From: Eledone cirrhosa
Taxonomy: Eukaryota
NCBI GenBank assembly: GCA_964016885.1
Contig: OZ024762.1
Coordinates: 8,122,001-8,186,000, forward strand
Direction of reading: 5' to 3'
Length of the DNA: 64,000 bases
Position numbers and translations under genes: made by a program
Notes under the pieces: generated by a model
What the model saw: only the letters and a program-made list of their open reading frames with translations
What the model was told of the DNA's origin: nothing
Database searches by the model: none
Part shown: one piece after another, positions 13,386 through 24,472 of the stretch
Numbering within the stretch: the stretch's first letter is position 1
Layout of the letters: each line of letters starts with the position of its first letter

Positions 13386-14166
13386 AGTTACCACAACATC
13401 CAGTCCTAAATAAATGAGGTTGTGTAGGTGTCACGACAAAAAAACACACACAGTCCACACTGTAATGTGGTCGTATAGGTAACACGGTAAAAACCTCCCA
13501 GTCCACACTGTAAACGTGGTTGGTGTTAGGAAGGGCATCCAGCCATAGAAAACCTGCCAGACAGTCCCATACGAGCGAGACGACCAATCTTGCCTCAAGT
13601 GGGACAATTCCCATCTAAACCCATGCTAGCGTGGAAGATAGACGTTAACCGATGATGATGATATGTATGTATATATATATATATATAGATAGATAGATGT
13701 GTGTATGTATGTATGTATGGATGCATGGTCCCGTTACTCCTGAGGAAGTTATAAGAGTGTCATATTGTTTGGCATTTCCAAGACACTTTTAAACCAGGCA
13801 GAGATCGTCTCCTCTCCAGGTCTGAATACAGCAAATTTCTTCAAGAGAAGGATAGAGAGAGTGAGAGAGTGGAAGTGAGAAACAGATATAGAGGAAGAAT
13901 CGACCCCAATACTTAACTGGTACTTTTTTTTTTATCGACCTTGAAAGGATGAAAGGCAAAGTTGACTTCGATGGGATTTGAAATCAGAGAACAGACAACT
14001 GAAACGAATACTGCAAAGCATTCTATCTAATGTTCTAACAACTCTGCAACTCTGCTAATTTCACCACCTTTATGTATATGTATATATATATATAAAGAAA
14101 AAAAGATGAAATCGAAAATGCAACTGGAGTCTTATTTTTAAAAAAAATATATATATTTATTTGGTT

Positions 14167-14206
14167 CCTTTACCGGTTTCGCAGTTTTTCTGCTTTTCAA
14201 GAGTAG
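14167..14206 (-). ncRNA. degenerate minimal hammerhead-like motif, U3-A8 variant
   Basis: Minus strand: TTGAAAA gcag-aaaaa-ctgc GAAA CCGG TA aagg; ACCGGT palindromic stem III; stem I weak. Confidence 0.45.
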
Positions 14207-14497
14207 AGTTGAGATGGAGTGTCTGTGGTTTTTCTCACATCTGGTTGGTCTCTGAATGTTACTTGTTTTATATGGAAAAAGTGGCTTGAAATGTCAGGTT
14301 TTTCGAGAAGTAATTTGATTGGTTGGTCAATTATTATAATTATTGACCAACCAATCAAATTACTTCTCGAAAAACCTGGCATTTCGAGCCACTTTTTCCA
14401 TATAAAACAAGTAACATTCAGAGACCAACCAGATGTGAGAAAAACCACAGACACTCCATCTCAACTCTACTTTTGAAAAGCAGAAGAACTGCGAAAC
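14176..14497. repeat. 322-bp spacerless palindrome
   Basis: 161-bp arms symmetric about 14336/14337 with about 5 mismatches; mirrored ORFs 14197..14454(-) and 14219..14476(+). Confidence 0.95.
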
Positions 14498-14550
14498 ATG
14501 GGACGAGTTAGGTAGAAGTGGTAACACAGTGGTTCTTCCTATTCCGTATA

Positions 14551-14608
14551 ACCATGACCAGTCCGAGCTGAAGATCCGCTAAGGTGAAACAATTGTTCTC
14601 GGTATGGT
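14551..14608 (+). ncRNA. type I hammerhead ribozyme motif
   Basis: ccgag CTGAAGA(14568-74) tcc-gctaa-ggt GAAA(14586-89) C-aatt-G TT ctcgg. Stem I ccgag/ctcgg extended by accat/atggt; AACAATTGTT is self-complementary. Confidence 0.65.
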
Positions 14609-15099
14609 GAACTAACTGTTGTTACCACTTCTATATACATATCATCATCATCATCATTTTACGTCCGCTTTTCCCTGCTTGCAAGGGTTGGACGAGTCCT
14701 ATTCAGTACAGCATCTCTCCACTTGTCACGGTCCTTCGTCATCTCCACTGTGAGTTTCAGCGATCTGAGGTCTGCTCACATCATGCCTCACTGGGAGGTT
14801 GTAACAAGAAGATATTTTGTCACAGTTGGTAATAATTGTTTCTACTTTTTGGCACAAGGCCAGTAATTACCCAGTACATTAGTGGTACTTTATTTTATTG
14901 ACCCCAAAGGATGAAAGGTAAAGCTAACCTCGGTGGGATTTGATCTCAGAACGTAAAGGGCCGCAACTCTAAGCCATAAAGCATGTTATGCAACATTTTA
15001 ATGATAATGCCAATCCACCACCCAGTTGGTAATAATAGGGCTAACATCTTTAATTTTTGTTTTGTACAATCTACATTTATTGTCAACTGATGACCCTTC

Positions 15100-15604
15100 T
15101 CTTTTGTGCAGTCTTTCATTAGAAATATGGTAATGAAAGGGTTAAACATGGGCAGTGTCTTTCATTAGAAATATGGTAATGAAAGGGTTAAATATAGACA
15201 GTATCTTTCATTAGAAATATGGTAATGAAAGGGTTAAATATAGACAGTGTCTTTCGTTAGAAATATGGTAATGAAAGGGTTAAACATAGACAGTGTCTTT
15301 CATTAGAAATATGGTAATGAAAGGGTTAAACATAGGCAGTGTCTTTCATTAGAAATATGGTAATGAAAGGGTTAAATATAGACAGTGTCTTTCGTTAGAA
15401 ATTTGGTAATGAAAGGGTTAAACATAGGCAGTGTCTTTCATTAGAAATATGGTAATGAAAGGGTTAAACAGAAGCAGTGTCTTTCATTAGAAATATGGAA
15501 ATGAAAGGGTTAAACATAGGCAATCCTTCATTGTAAATATGGTAATGAAAGAATTAAACAAAGGCACTGTCTTTCATAAGAAATATGGTAATGAAAGTGT
15601 TAAA
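15100..15604 (-). repeat. 46-bp tandem array derived from a TTAACCCTTT MITE-like terminus, ~11 copies
   Basis: Unit TTAACCCTTTCATTACCATATTTCTAATGAAAGACACTGCCTATGT (reverse complement), period 46. Confidence 0.88.
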
Positions 15605-16474
15605 TTACTTAAATTTATCTAAAAACCTTTCGTTGTAATTTTATGTAAGAACCTTTGCTAAGTTATATTCAAAACACTTGCTTAATAATGAGAAAATTAG
15701 TTATATTGCTAAATCCCTCCAAATTATTGATTATTTTCAAAATGATTTGAAAACGATGCGCAGTGTCTTTCATTAGAAATATGGTAACAAATGGTGTAGA
15801 TTGAAATTAGAATGAGAAACAGGAGTCATTTTTTATTAGCGGATGGTGTGTTTTTCATGATTATAAAAAAATGTTGTCAGTAATATAATTTAAAAAATGA
15901 AACCTTAATGTTTTCACCATCGTTAACTAAGATTCAACACTTCAATATTGAAATTGTAATATCAGATTTTAATTATGTTTGAACACGATACCAAGATCAA
16001 ACATATTAATAACAACAAAAATATTAACAATTACAAAGGAAAACAAACACTGGCGAAATAATAATAATAATAATAATTGTTTCTACTTTAGGCACAAGGC
16101 CAGCAATTTGAAGGGAAGGGGGGAAAGTCAATTAAATCAACCCCAGTGTCTTACTGGTACTTTATTTATCGACCCTGTAAAGATGAAAGGCAAAGCTAAC
16201 CTCAGCAGGATTTGAACTCAGAACATAAACAAACAGAACAACACTTTAACAATTCTGGCACTCCAACACCCTTAACAATTGTTTCTATTTTTGGCACAAG
16301 GCCAGCAGTTTGAACGGAAGAGGACAGACGATTAATTAAATTGACTCCAGTGTGTTACTGGTACTTTATTTTATCAACATCATACGGATAAAAGGCAAAG
16401 TTAACCTTGGCGGGATTTAAACTCAGAACATAAATAATGATTTTAAAAAAATATATATTTTGTCACAAGGCTGT

Positions 16475-17095
16475 TTGAGGTATGGGTGTTCAATACTCGA
16501 GGTATGCGGGGGTTCAATACTCGAGGCATGGGGGGGGGTCAATATCTAAGGTACAGGGGCTCAATACTTGAGATATGGGGGTTCAATACCCAAGGTATCA
16601 ATACTCAAGTTATGGAGGTTTAATACCCAAGGTATGGGGGTACAATACTCGAGGTGTAGGGGGGTTCAATACTCAATGCTCTAAGCCACTGATGATCTTT
16701 TTCTTTATACTGTGTAGATGGTGAAAATCAAAATCCAGGTAACGCCACATTTTGTATATGTGTGAGAGGAGAATACTATTGCATACACCCAACAGGCCAC
16801 TCAACAATATACACCCAACAGGCCACTCAACAACACACACTCAACAGGCCACTCAACAACATACACCCAACAAGCCACTCAACAATATACACTCAACGAC
16901 ACACTCAACAGGCCACTCAACAACACACACTCACCAGGACACACTCAACAACACACTCAACAACATACACTCAACAACACACACTCACCAGGACACACTC
17001 AACAGGCCAATCAACAACACACACTCAACAACATACACTCAACAACACACACTCACCAGGCCACTCAACAACACACTCAACAACACACACACAAC
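16475..17095. repeat. two degenerate minisatellites (TTCAATACTCGAGGTATGGGGG; CACTCAACAACACAC)
   Basis: Direct reading: 16475-16680 and 16785-17095. Confidence 0.8.
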
Positions 17096-17194
17096 ACCTT
17101 TAAATCATGGCCATTCTTTTGTGTGTGGTGTGTGTGTTTTGTATGAGGGGGAGGGGGCAAGAGTGAGAGAAAGAGATGAGAAAGGATGAGAGAT

Positions 17195-17248
<54 letters not shown>

Positions 17249-17544
17249 CTATATTTAATTAGAGTGTTAACAAGTAAACAAACTTCCCATGAATAGAAGT
17301 TGAGAGGGGAGAGAATTAAATATTTTTAGTGAATATATGTACAAATGGTTGAGTTGTCAATGTGTGTGTGTTGTATAAATATATGTATATATGTGTGTGT
17401 GTGCATAAAAAGTAAACAGAATTAACAAAGCAAATGACACAGTAGAATGAAGAAATATATTAGTTTAAAGCTGTATAAAGAGAGAGAGAGAGAATTGTGT
17501 ATATATACTAGAAGAAAATCCAATGTGTGGTATATATACATATA

Positions 17545-17618
17545 CTAGCCGACGTACCCAGCTTTGCCAGGGTAAACAGATGATAAGAGAAAACAGTGTG
17601 TGTGTGTGTCTGTGTGTC

Positions 17619-17672
<54 letters not shown>

Positions 17673-18030
17673 TGTGTGCGTGAGAGAGAGAGAGAGAGAG
17701 AGAGATCAAAAACAGTAAAAAAAACTTCCAGAGACACCAGGTTCTTTGTGTTACCTTTTGCACATAGTATAATGAAGGTTTCTAGATGTTCCCACTCGTG
17801 AACAACCTACATATAACTATCCGATTCTCTCATATTCAATCCTACAGTTTGAGAGTCTGAGAGTCTGAGCTTTATTTATGGCTATAGCAAAACTGGCTCT
17901 GACAGGAAACTGAAGTCTTGAGAATTTGAATGGCAGTTCAGTAGGCAAAGTTATGAGAGGAATCTTGGGAATAAATGCACTTTCTCCTTGATGATTGCCT
18001 TCAAGAATAGTGCCACACATGTGGGTATGT
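17545..18030 (-). mobile_element. Helitron 3' remnant with PIF1-like helicase C-terminal pseudogene
   Basis: GESAFIPKIPL..LPFKFSRLQFPVRASFAIAINKAQ...G*LYVGCSRVG...TKNLV matches the RepHel helicase end; 3' hairpin ACCCTGGC-AAA-GCTGGGT followed by CTAG|T at 17548-17544. Confidence 0.88.
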
Positions 18031-18729
18031 GATAAATATGACAATTGAATGAGGGGAGTTGTGGGGGTTACATGTTCAATCCTGAGCAAAATATGTATCC
18101 AGGAAATGTTTTGAATTCAGCACATCACAAAGATTCACAACTTATTTTTTTAATTATTCTTTGTTTCCATTTTTTTGTTACATCTTTTGTTTTTGTTTCC
18201 TTTTTTAATACACAGAAACCCATATTTGTACCGTCCTGTGTTGTCCTTAATGTATTTTTATGTAAACCCTTTGTGGTTAATAAAGAAATCAATATTGTTA
18301 TTATTACCTCATAGAAATACAAAATCAAAATATAGTAAAGGAAAACCTGAAATAAATTGTAAATGAAACCCAAAAACTATAAACTACTTACAACTGTACT
18401 TGTGATTTCTCATCGAGTTTTCCCTTTCTTGATAAGAGCGAAGGAAAGCCACTCATTACGATTTGGCAAAGATCTGGTGTCTCGATGGAGCACCAGATGT
18501 CACTAGTGTGCTTATGGTCAGGACTGGCAGAAAGATCTGAAAATAAGACAAAACTTTAGCCATATGTCAAGACATACCATCAAGGTGTTACTAGTGCTTG
18601 TGGTCAAGACAGACTATCAGGATGTTACTACAATGATTGTGGTGAGGACAGGTAAAAAGATCTGAAAATAAGACAGTCATATTTTTAAAAACTTTTATTA
18701 TATATATATATATTTTTTTTTTTTGTAAC

Positions 18730-18967
18730 ACTTTTATTACCATATTTCTAATAAAAGACATTGCCTGTGTTTAACCCGTTCTTTACCATATTTCTAATGA
18801 AAGACATTGCCTGTGTTTAACCCTTTCTTTACCATATTTCTAATGAAAGACATTGCCTGTGTTTAACCCTTTCTTTACCATATTTCTAATAAAAGGCATT
18901 GCCTGTGTTTAACCCTTTGTTTACCATATTTCTAATGAAAGACACTGCATATGTCATTAACCCTTTC
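18730..18967 (+). repeat. 46-bp MITE-terminus array, ~5 copies
   Basis: Same unit family as 15100-15604. Confidence 0.85.
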
Positions 18968-19514
18968 AAAATAGATTAGTCAACTGCCCAGGGGCTAATA
19001 ACTGGACACAGTGTAATCATTAGATTAAATGAGACAGTTTGTAGGAGAGAGACAAGGGGGAATAACAAACATGGTGATATGGTATGGTCTGGTAACTCTT
19101 GATGGAGTTGTAGGGGCGCCATATTGACATAAAGTATTTCTTGGACATTTTATGCCTGGCAGAGCCCATCCCTCTCCAGGCCTGAGTACAAAAGATTTCT
19201 TCTAGGAAAGGATAGAAAGTGAGAGGGGGGAAGCGAGTGAGAGATATTGAGGAAGAATCGACCCCAGTACTAGACTGGTACTTTTTTTATCGACCTCAAA
19301 AGGATGAAAGGCAAAGTTGACCTCGGAGAACCGGAACGAATACCATAAAGCATTATGTCTGACGTTCTAACGACTCTGCCAATTTTCCACCTTATAACCA
19401 ACATACCCCAAGAGAATAGCTATAGCATATAAACTGTCTAAAATAAATTAAAATATAAATAGTGTTAAGCCACCTGAAGGAAGATACGGTATAAAGATAA
19501 TAATATTAATGAAA

Positions 19515-20700
19515 ATTATTGTGTACAGTGCTCAGCGCGGGTGGGACCAATCCGGTTGACCACCGAGTCCATTGTCATGATCAAACTGCCACCCTCCTTC
19601 AAAAACGAAGGAGAGGCGGTTTTCCTTTGTGTGATAGCTATGGCGAAAGAGGTTGTATGGTGGACAAGGTTAAAAGGGCTGAGGTCAGACACCTTTCTCT
19701 CCGGCCAACAACTGATTCTTTTTTTTTAAATACCACTTTGGAAGAAGAATCAGGATGGAGAGAGAGGTGCTGTACCCCAGCAAGTTTTATGAAAGGTGGG
19801 TGAAAGTGGCGAGAATGGCCCGAGTGAATGGGCCTTCTCTCTATATCAGCCTGTAGGTTGAGGAAAAAGAGGAAGAGAGGAAAGGGGTACTCACTCTTCG
19901 TACTCCTGGAGATGAGGGTTGCACATTTTTTCGGGGGTATGTGTTACCCATATGAAATGTCTCCCCCTATTGGGGAAAATCGATTAACTTTTAAATTGCA
20001 TTTGTGATAGTATTTTACACGTTTTTATTGTATGTAAACTTCCCCCTTTGTATTTGTCCCCTTCTTTTGTGCCCCTGTGGCTAATAAAGAAACATTTCTA
20101 TCAATCCATTTGTCTATCTTTATCTATCTATCAATCTGTCTATCTATCTATCTTTGAGGAAAAGGAGGAGGAGAGGAAAGGAGTACAAGCTCTTCGTACT
20201 CCTGGAGATGAGGGTTGCACATTTTTTTCGGGGGTCTGTGTTACCCATATAAACTGTCTCCCTCTATTGGGGAAAATCGACTAACTTTTAAATTCCATCT
20301 GTGATAACATTTTACACGTTTTTATTGTATGTAAACTTCCCCCTTTGTATTTGTCCCCTTCTTTTGTGCCCCTGTGGCTAATAAAGAAATATATCTATCT
20401 ATCTGTCTATCTATCCATCTATCAATCTACCTATTTACATATCCATCTATCTATTTAACTATTTGTCTATCAATCTATCTATTTATGAATCTATCTAACT
20501 AACTATCTCCTGAAGTTGAGGGTTGTTCTATCTACGGGGTATTAAACAACCCATTTGTGGTCATCCCCCCCTATTGGGGATTTCGATTGTTATATTTGTT
20601 TGTTTGAATATTTTTACACGATTGTATGTAAAATCCCCGGCATGTGTCTTTGTTTTGTCCCCTTTTCTTGTGCGCCCTTGTGGCTATTAAAGAAATCTAT
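19515..20700 (+). mobile_element. L1/Tx1-like LINE 3' end (frameshifted) with repeated 3' UTRs and (TCTA)n tails
   Basis: AVFLCVIAMAKEVVWWTRLKG...LILFF/fs/KYHFGRRIRMEREVL...FYERW; the UTR ending GTGGCTAATAAAGAAA+(TCTA)n recurs at ~20090, ~20390 and, diverged, ~20695. Confidence 0.7.
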
Positions 20701-21057
20701 CTATCTACTTCAAATGAGAACAAAATGTATGAAACTGAATTTAATAGAAACAACTGCCAAAGATATGCACACACACACATTACATACATACATAGTACAT
20801 ACATTATTCTATGTACTATAGATGCACCTTTCATGAGTTGTAGTGCACCTGAGCACTGTACACAATAATTTCATTATATCATTATATTATATGTAGAGGG
20901 TCGGATGCCATGCTTTGCACCATAGTTATGTCCCTTTACGGTCTGGGTTCAAATCCCGTTGAGGTTAACTTTGCCTTTCATCCTTACGGGGTCGATAAAA
21001 TAAAGTACCAGTAATGCAGTGGGTAATTGCTGGCCTTGTGCCAAATGTAGAAACAAT

Positions 21058-21118
<61 letters not shown>

Positions 21119-21766
21119 TCTGATGACTGATAAACTGGAAAATGGACGTTAAACGAAGATGATGATGATGATGATGATGATATATATATATCATCAATAA
21201 AGTTTTGACAAAAAAAAACAATAAATAAATAAAAAGCGATTTAAGCAGAAATAATGAAATATAAATAATTAGGAAAAACTAAATTTAACGAGGCCATCTG
21301 AATTGGTAATCAGCAGAAGCAGGTAATTATTAATGAGAAGATTGATGCAAGGAGCAGGTTTATTAAAGCAGAACATCTTTAATGTTAATGATAATTAGCA
21401 GGTGAGAGAGAGAGAGAGAGAGAGAGTAAGAGAGAGGGGGAGTGAGGGGTGAGAGTGAGAGGAAGAGAGGGGTGGGAGGGACAGACAGAGAGGTGTGTGA
21501 GTTAGATAGATATATAGAGAGTAAGAGAGAGGGTGCGAGAGAGTAAGAAAGAGGGGGAATGAGAGTGAGAGAGAGAGAGGTGTGTCAGATAGAGAGAGAG
21601 AGAGACAAAGAGTGAGAGAGCAAAAGTGTGTGTGTGTGAGAGAGAGAGTGTGTGTGTGTGTGTGTCTGAGAGAGAGAGAGGAGGGAGAGAGAGGGGGGGG
21701 GGGGGGGATATACAGGTATTTCCACTTGGTGTATTGTCACAGCATGCAAAAAATATTGACAGTGTG

Positions 21767-21799
<33 letters not shown>

Positions 21800-21819
21800 C
21801 TATATATATATATATATAT

Positions 21820-22420
21820 ATCATCATCATCATCATCATCGTTTAACGTCTATCTTCCACGCCAGCATGGGTTTGGACGGGAATTTTCCCACTTGAGACA
21901 AGATTGGTTGTCTTGCTCTGGCGGGTTTTCTACGGCTGGATGCCCTTCCTAACACCAACCACATTTACAGTGTGGACTGGGAGGTTTTTACCATGTTACC
22001 TACACAGCCACATTACAGCGTGGACTGTGTGTTTTTTTTGTCGTGACACCTACAGGACCTCATTTATTTAGGACTGGATGTTGTGGTACCAACATAACTT
22101 TACATCGAAAGGGGGTGGTCTGGATGGGGTGGGGTGGTGGGACGGGGGTGTATTTTTGTTAAGAGGTGCCTACTGACTGTAAGTTTCGCTTTGTACTTAG
22201 GCAAGGCGGGTCTTCTGTATTACTGTGTAGCGCCAAAGATCTCGGTCCAGTGACATTGTCTTGGAGATGTAAGTGTGTGAGGTCGGAATTTATCAAGTTG
22301 TCCCAGGTTTTTCTGCGTCTGTCTACTCCGTGACTACCGTCTATTTTTATCGCCCAGCACTTTTTTATACAGCTGTCGTCTTTCATGCGCATCACGTGAC
22401 CATATCAACGTAGTCTTCTC
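21820..22420 (-). mobile_element. RTE LINE 3' end continuing into family-C SINE-like tail
   Basis: RRLR*YGHVMRMKDDSCIKKCW...RRRKTW ORF remnant followed by the shared 3' sequence and (GAT)n tail. Confidence 0.75.
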
Positions 22421-24099
22421 TTGACAAAAATGCCTCAGGGGACAGAGACAGTGCACTTCACCTTGCCCTCCTCCTCTTTCAATCTTTACTATATTTCATC
22501 TGCCTGTCGCCCACTTTGTGGTTTGCCTCTCTGTTGACCACTGGCTACTGGTCTCTGTACCCTGAGGCATTTTTGGTCATTGCTGTCTTTTATAGCACTT
22601 AGTTGTTCTAATGATGAGTTTTCTTATTTTTATATATATTCAATCAGATACACTCTCACTTCGTCTCGATCAGAGATAACATTGTTTATATATATATATA
22701 TATCATCATCATCATCATCATCATCATTTCATTTTACGTCCGCTTTTTCCCTACTTGCAAGGGTGGGACGGGAACTGATTCTGGCTTGATTTCTACAGCT
22801 GGATGCCCTTCCTAACACCAACCTCATTTACAGTGAGTGCTGGGTGCTTTTTTTGTCGTGGCACCTCCACGACCACTTTGCAGTGGAATGATAGGGACCC
22901 CAGTCCCTATCATCTCATTTCTACAGCTGAGTAAACTGGAGCAATGTGAAATAAAGTGTCTTGCTCAAGGAAACAACAAATCATCATATCATCATCATCA
23001 TCGTTTTACGCCCGTTCTTCCACGCTAGCATGGGTTAGACGGGTTGTCCTGTTGTGGGCAGTGTCTGGTCGGCTGACCATGCCTTGCTCATACAGGAACT
23101 GATTTGGCTAAATATATATATATATATATAAATATACAGAATCAGTTCCCGTATGAGGAAGACAAGGTAAACCGACCAGACACTGCTCACAACAGGACAA
23201 CCCGTCTAACCCCATGCTAGCAGGGAAGAACGGACGTAAAACGGTGATGATGATGATGATTTATTTATATAGACACACAGATTTTGCAAAATAAAACAAA
23301 TTTAATAGTGCTGGTATCAGAATAAGATACACCTAGTACATTCTGTAAAGTGGTAGGTTTGGTGCCACAATAAAATACACCCTGTACACTCTGTAAAGTG
23401 GTGTGGTGGCATTGTCACAATAAAAGATACCTAGTCCACTGGTAAAGTGGTAGTGGCATGATAAAACACAACTAGTACACACAGGGAAGAGGTTGGCATT
23501 AGGAAGGGCACCTAGCTGTAGAATTCATGCCAGAATAGAATGTATGAGTGAGATACAGTCATCTCATATGTCTGACTGAAGGACATGAGAACCTGTCCAA
23601 CCCTTGCTAGAATGGAAAATAGATGTAAAAGAGTGATGATGAAGATGAAGTTCAAAGTGATGATGAAGTTCAAATCCCGCCGAGGTTAACTTTGTCTTTC
23701 ATCCTTATGGGGTTGATAAAATAAAGTACCAGTAATGCATTGGGGTTGATTTAATCGACTTACCCCTCCCCCAAAATTGTTGGCCTTGTGCCTATATAAA
23801 AAACATTATTTTGGCATAGAGTTATGGCCCTTTACATTCTGAGTTCAAATCCTGCTGGAGTTAGCTTTGCCTTTCATCCTTACAGGGTTGATAAAATAAA
23901 GTACTGAGGTCGATTTAATTGACTTTCCCCTCCCCTGAAATTGTTGGCCTTGTGCCTTATGTAGAAACAATTATTTTTGTAATGAAATAATTAATAATCT
24001 TAGTAAACCCTTAAAATTCTTCATTAATCAATTAAAATAGAGTGTATTTCATTAGAAACTAACAAAAGAGCCCTTCGTTGCCAGACACACCTTTCACCA

Positions 24100-24472
24100 C
24101 AGTAAATAAAGACCCTTCTCTCCTCAACATGGCCGTCAGCCCTAGAACTCTGCTATTTTAGGGGGTATAAATATTTTAACTATATGTTGACATGCTCTGG
24201 GAGCTGAATAACCTATGTATCAAATTTGAACAAAATCGGATGGAAACTGTGGAAATGGATTGCCTACCACTATAAATAAAGACCCCTCTCTCTTAAACAT
24301 GGCCATCAGCCCCAGAACTCTGCTATTTTAGGGGACAGAAATATTTAAACTATATGTTGACATGCTCTGGGAGCTGAATAATCTATGTATCAAATTTGAA
24401 CAAAATCGGATGGAAACTGTAGAAATGCATCGCCTGCATACAGTCGGACATTTTCGTTTTTATATCTATAGA
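24100..24472 (-). mobile_element. Helitron-like non-autonomous 5' end with internal ~170-bp tandem duplication
   Basis: Minus strand starts TCTATAGATATAAAAA...CCGATTTTGTTCAAATTT; two copies of TAAATAAAGACCC...GGAAACTGT. Confidence 0.55.

Noticed and set aside
14197-14476. Mirror 85-aa ORFs on both strands
   Set aside because: They are a consequence of the palindrome and show no recognisable protein features.
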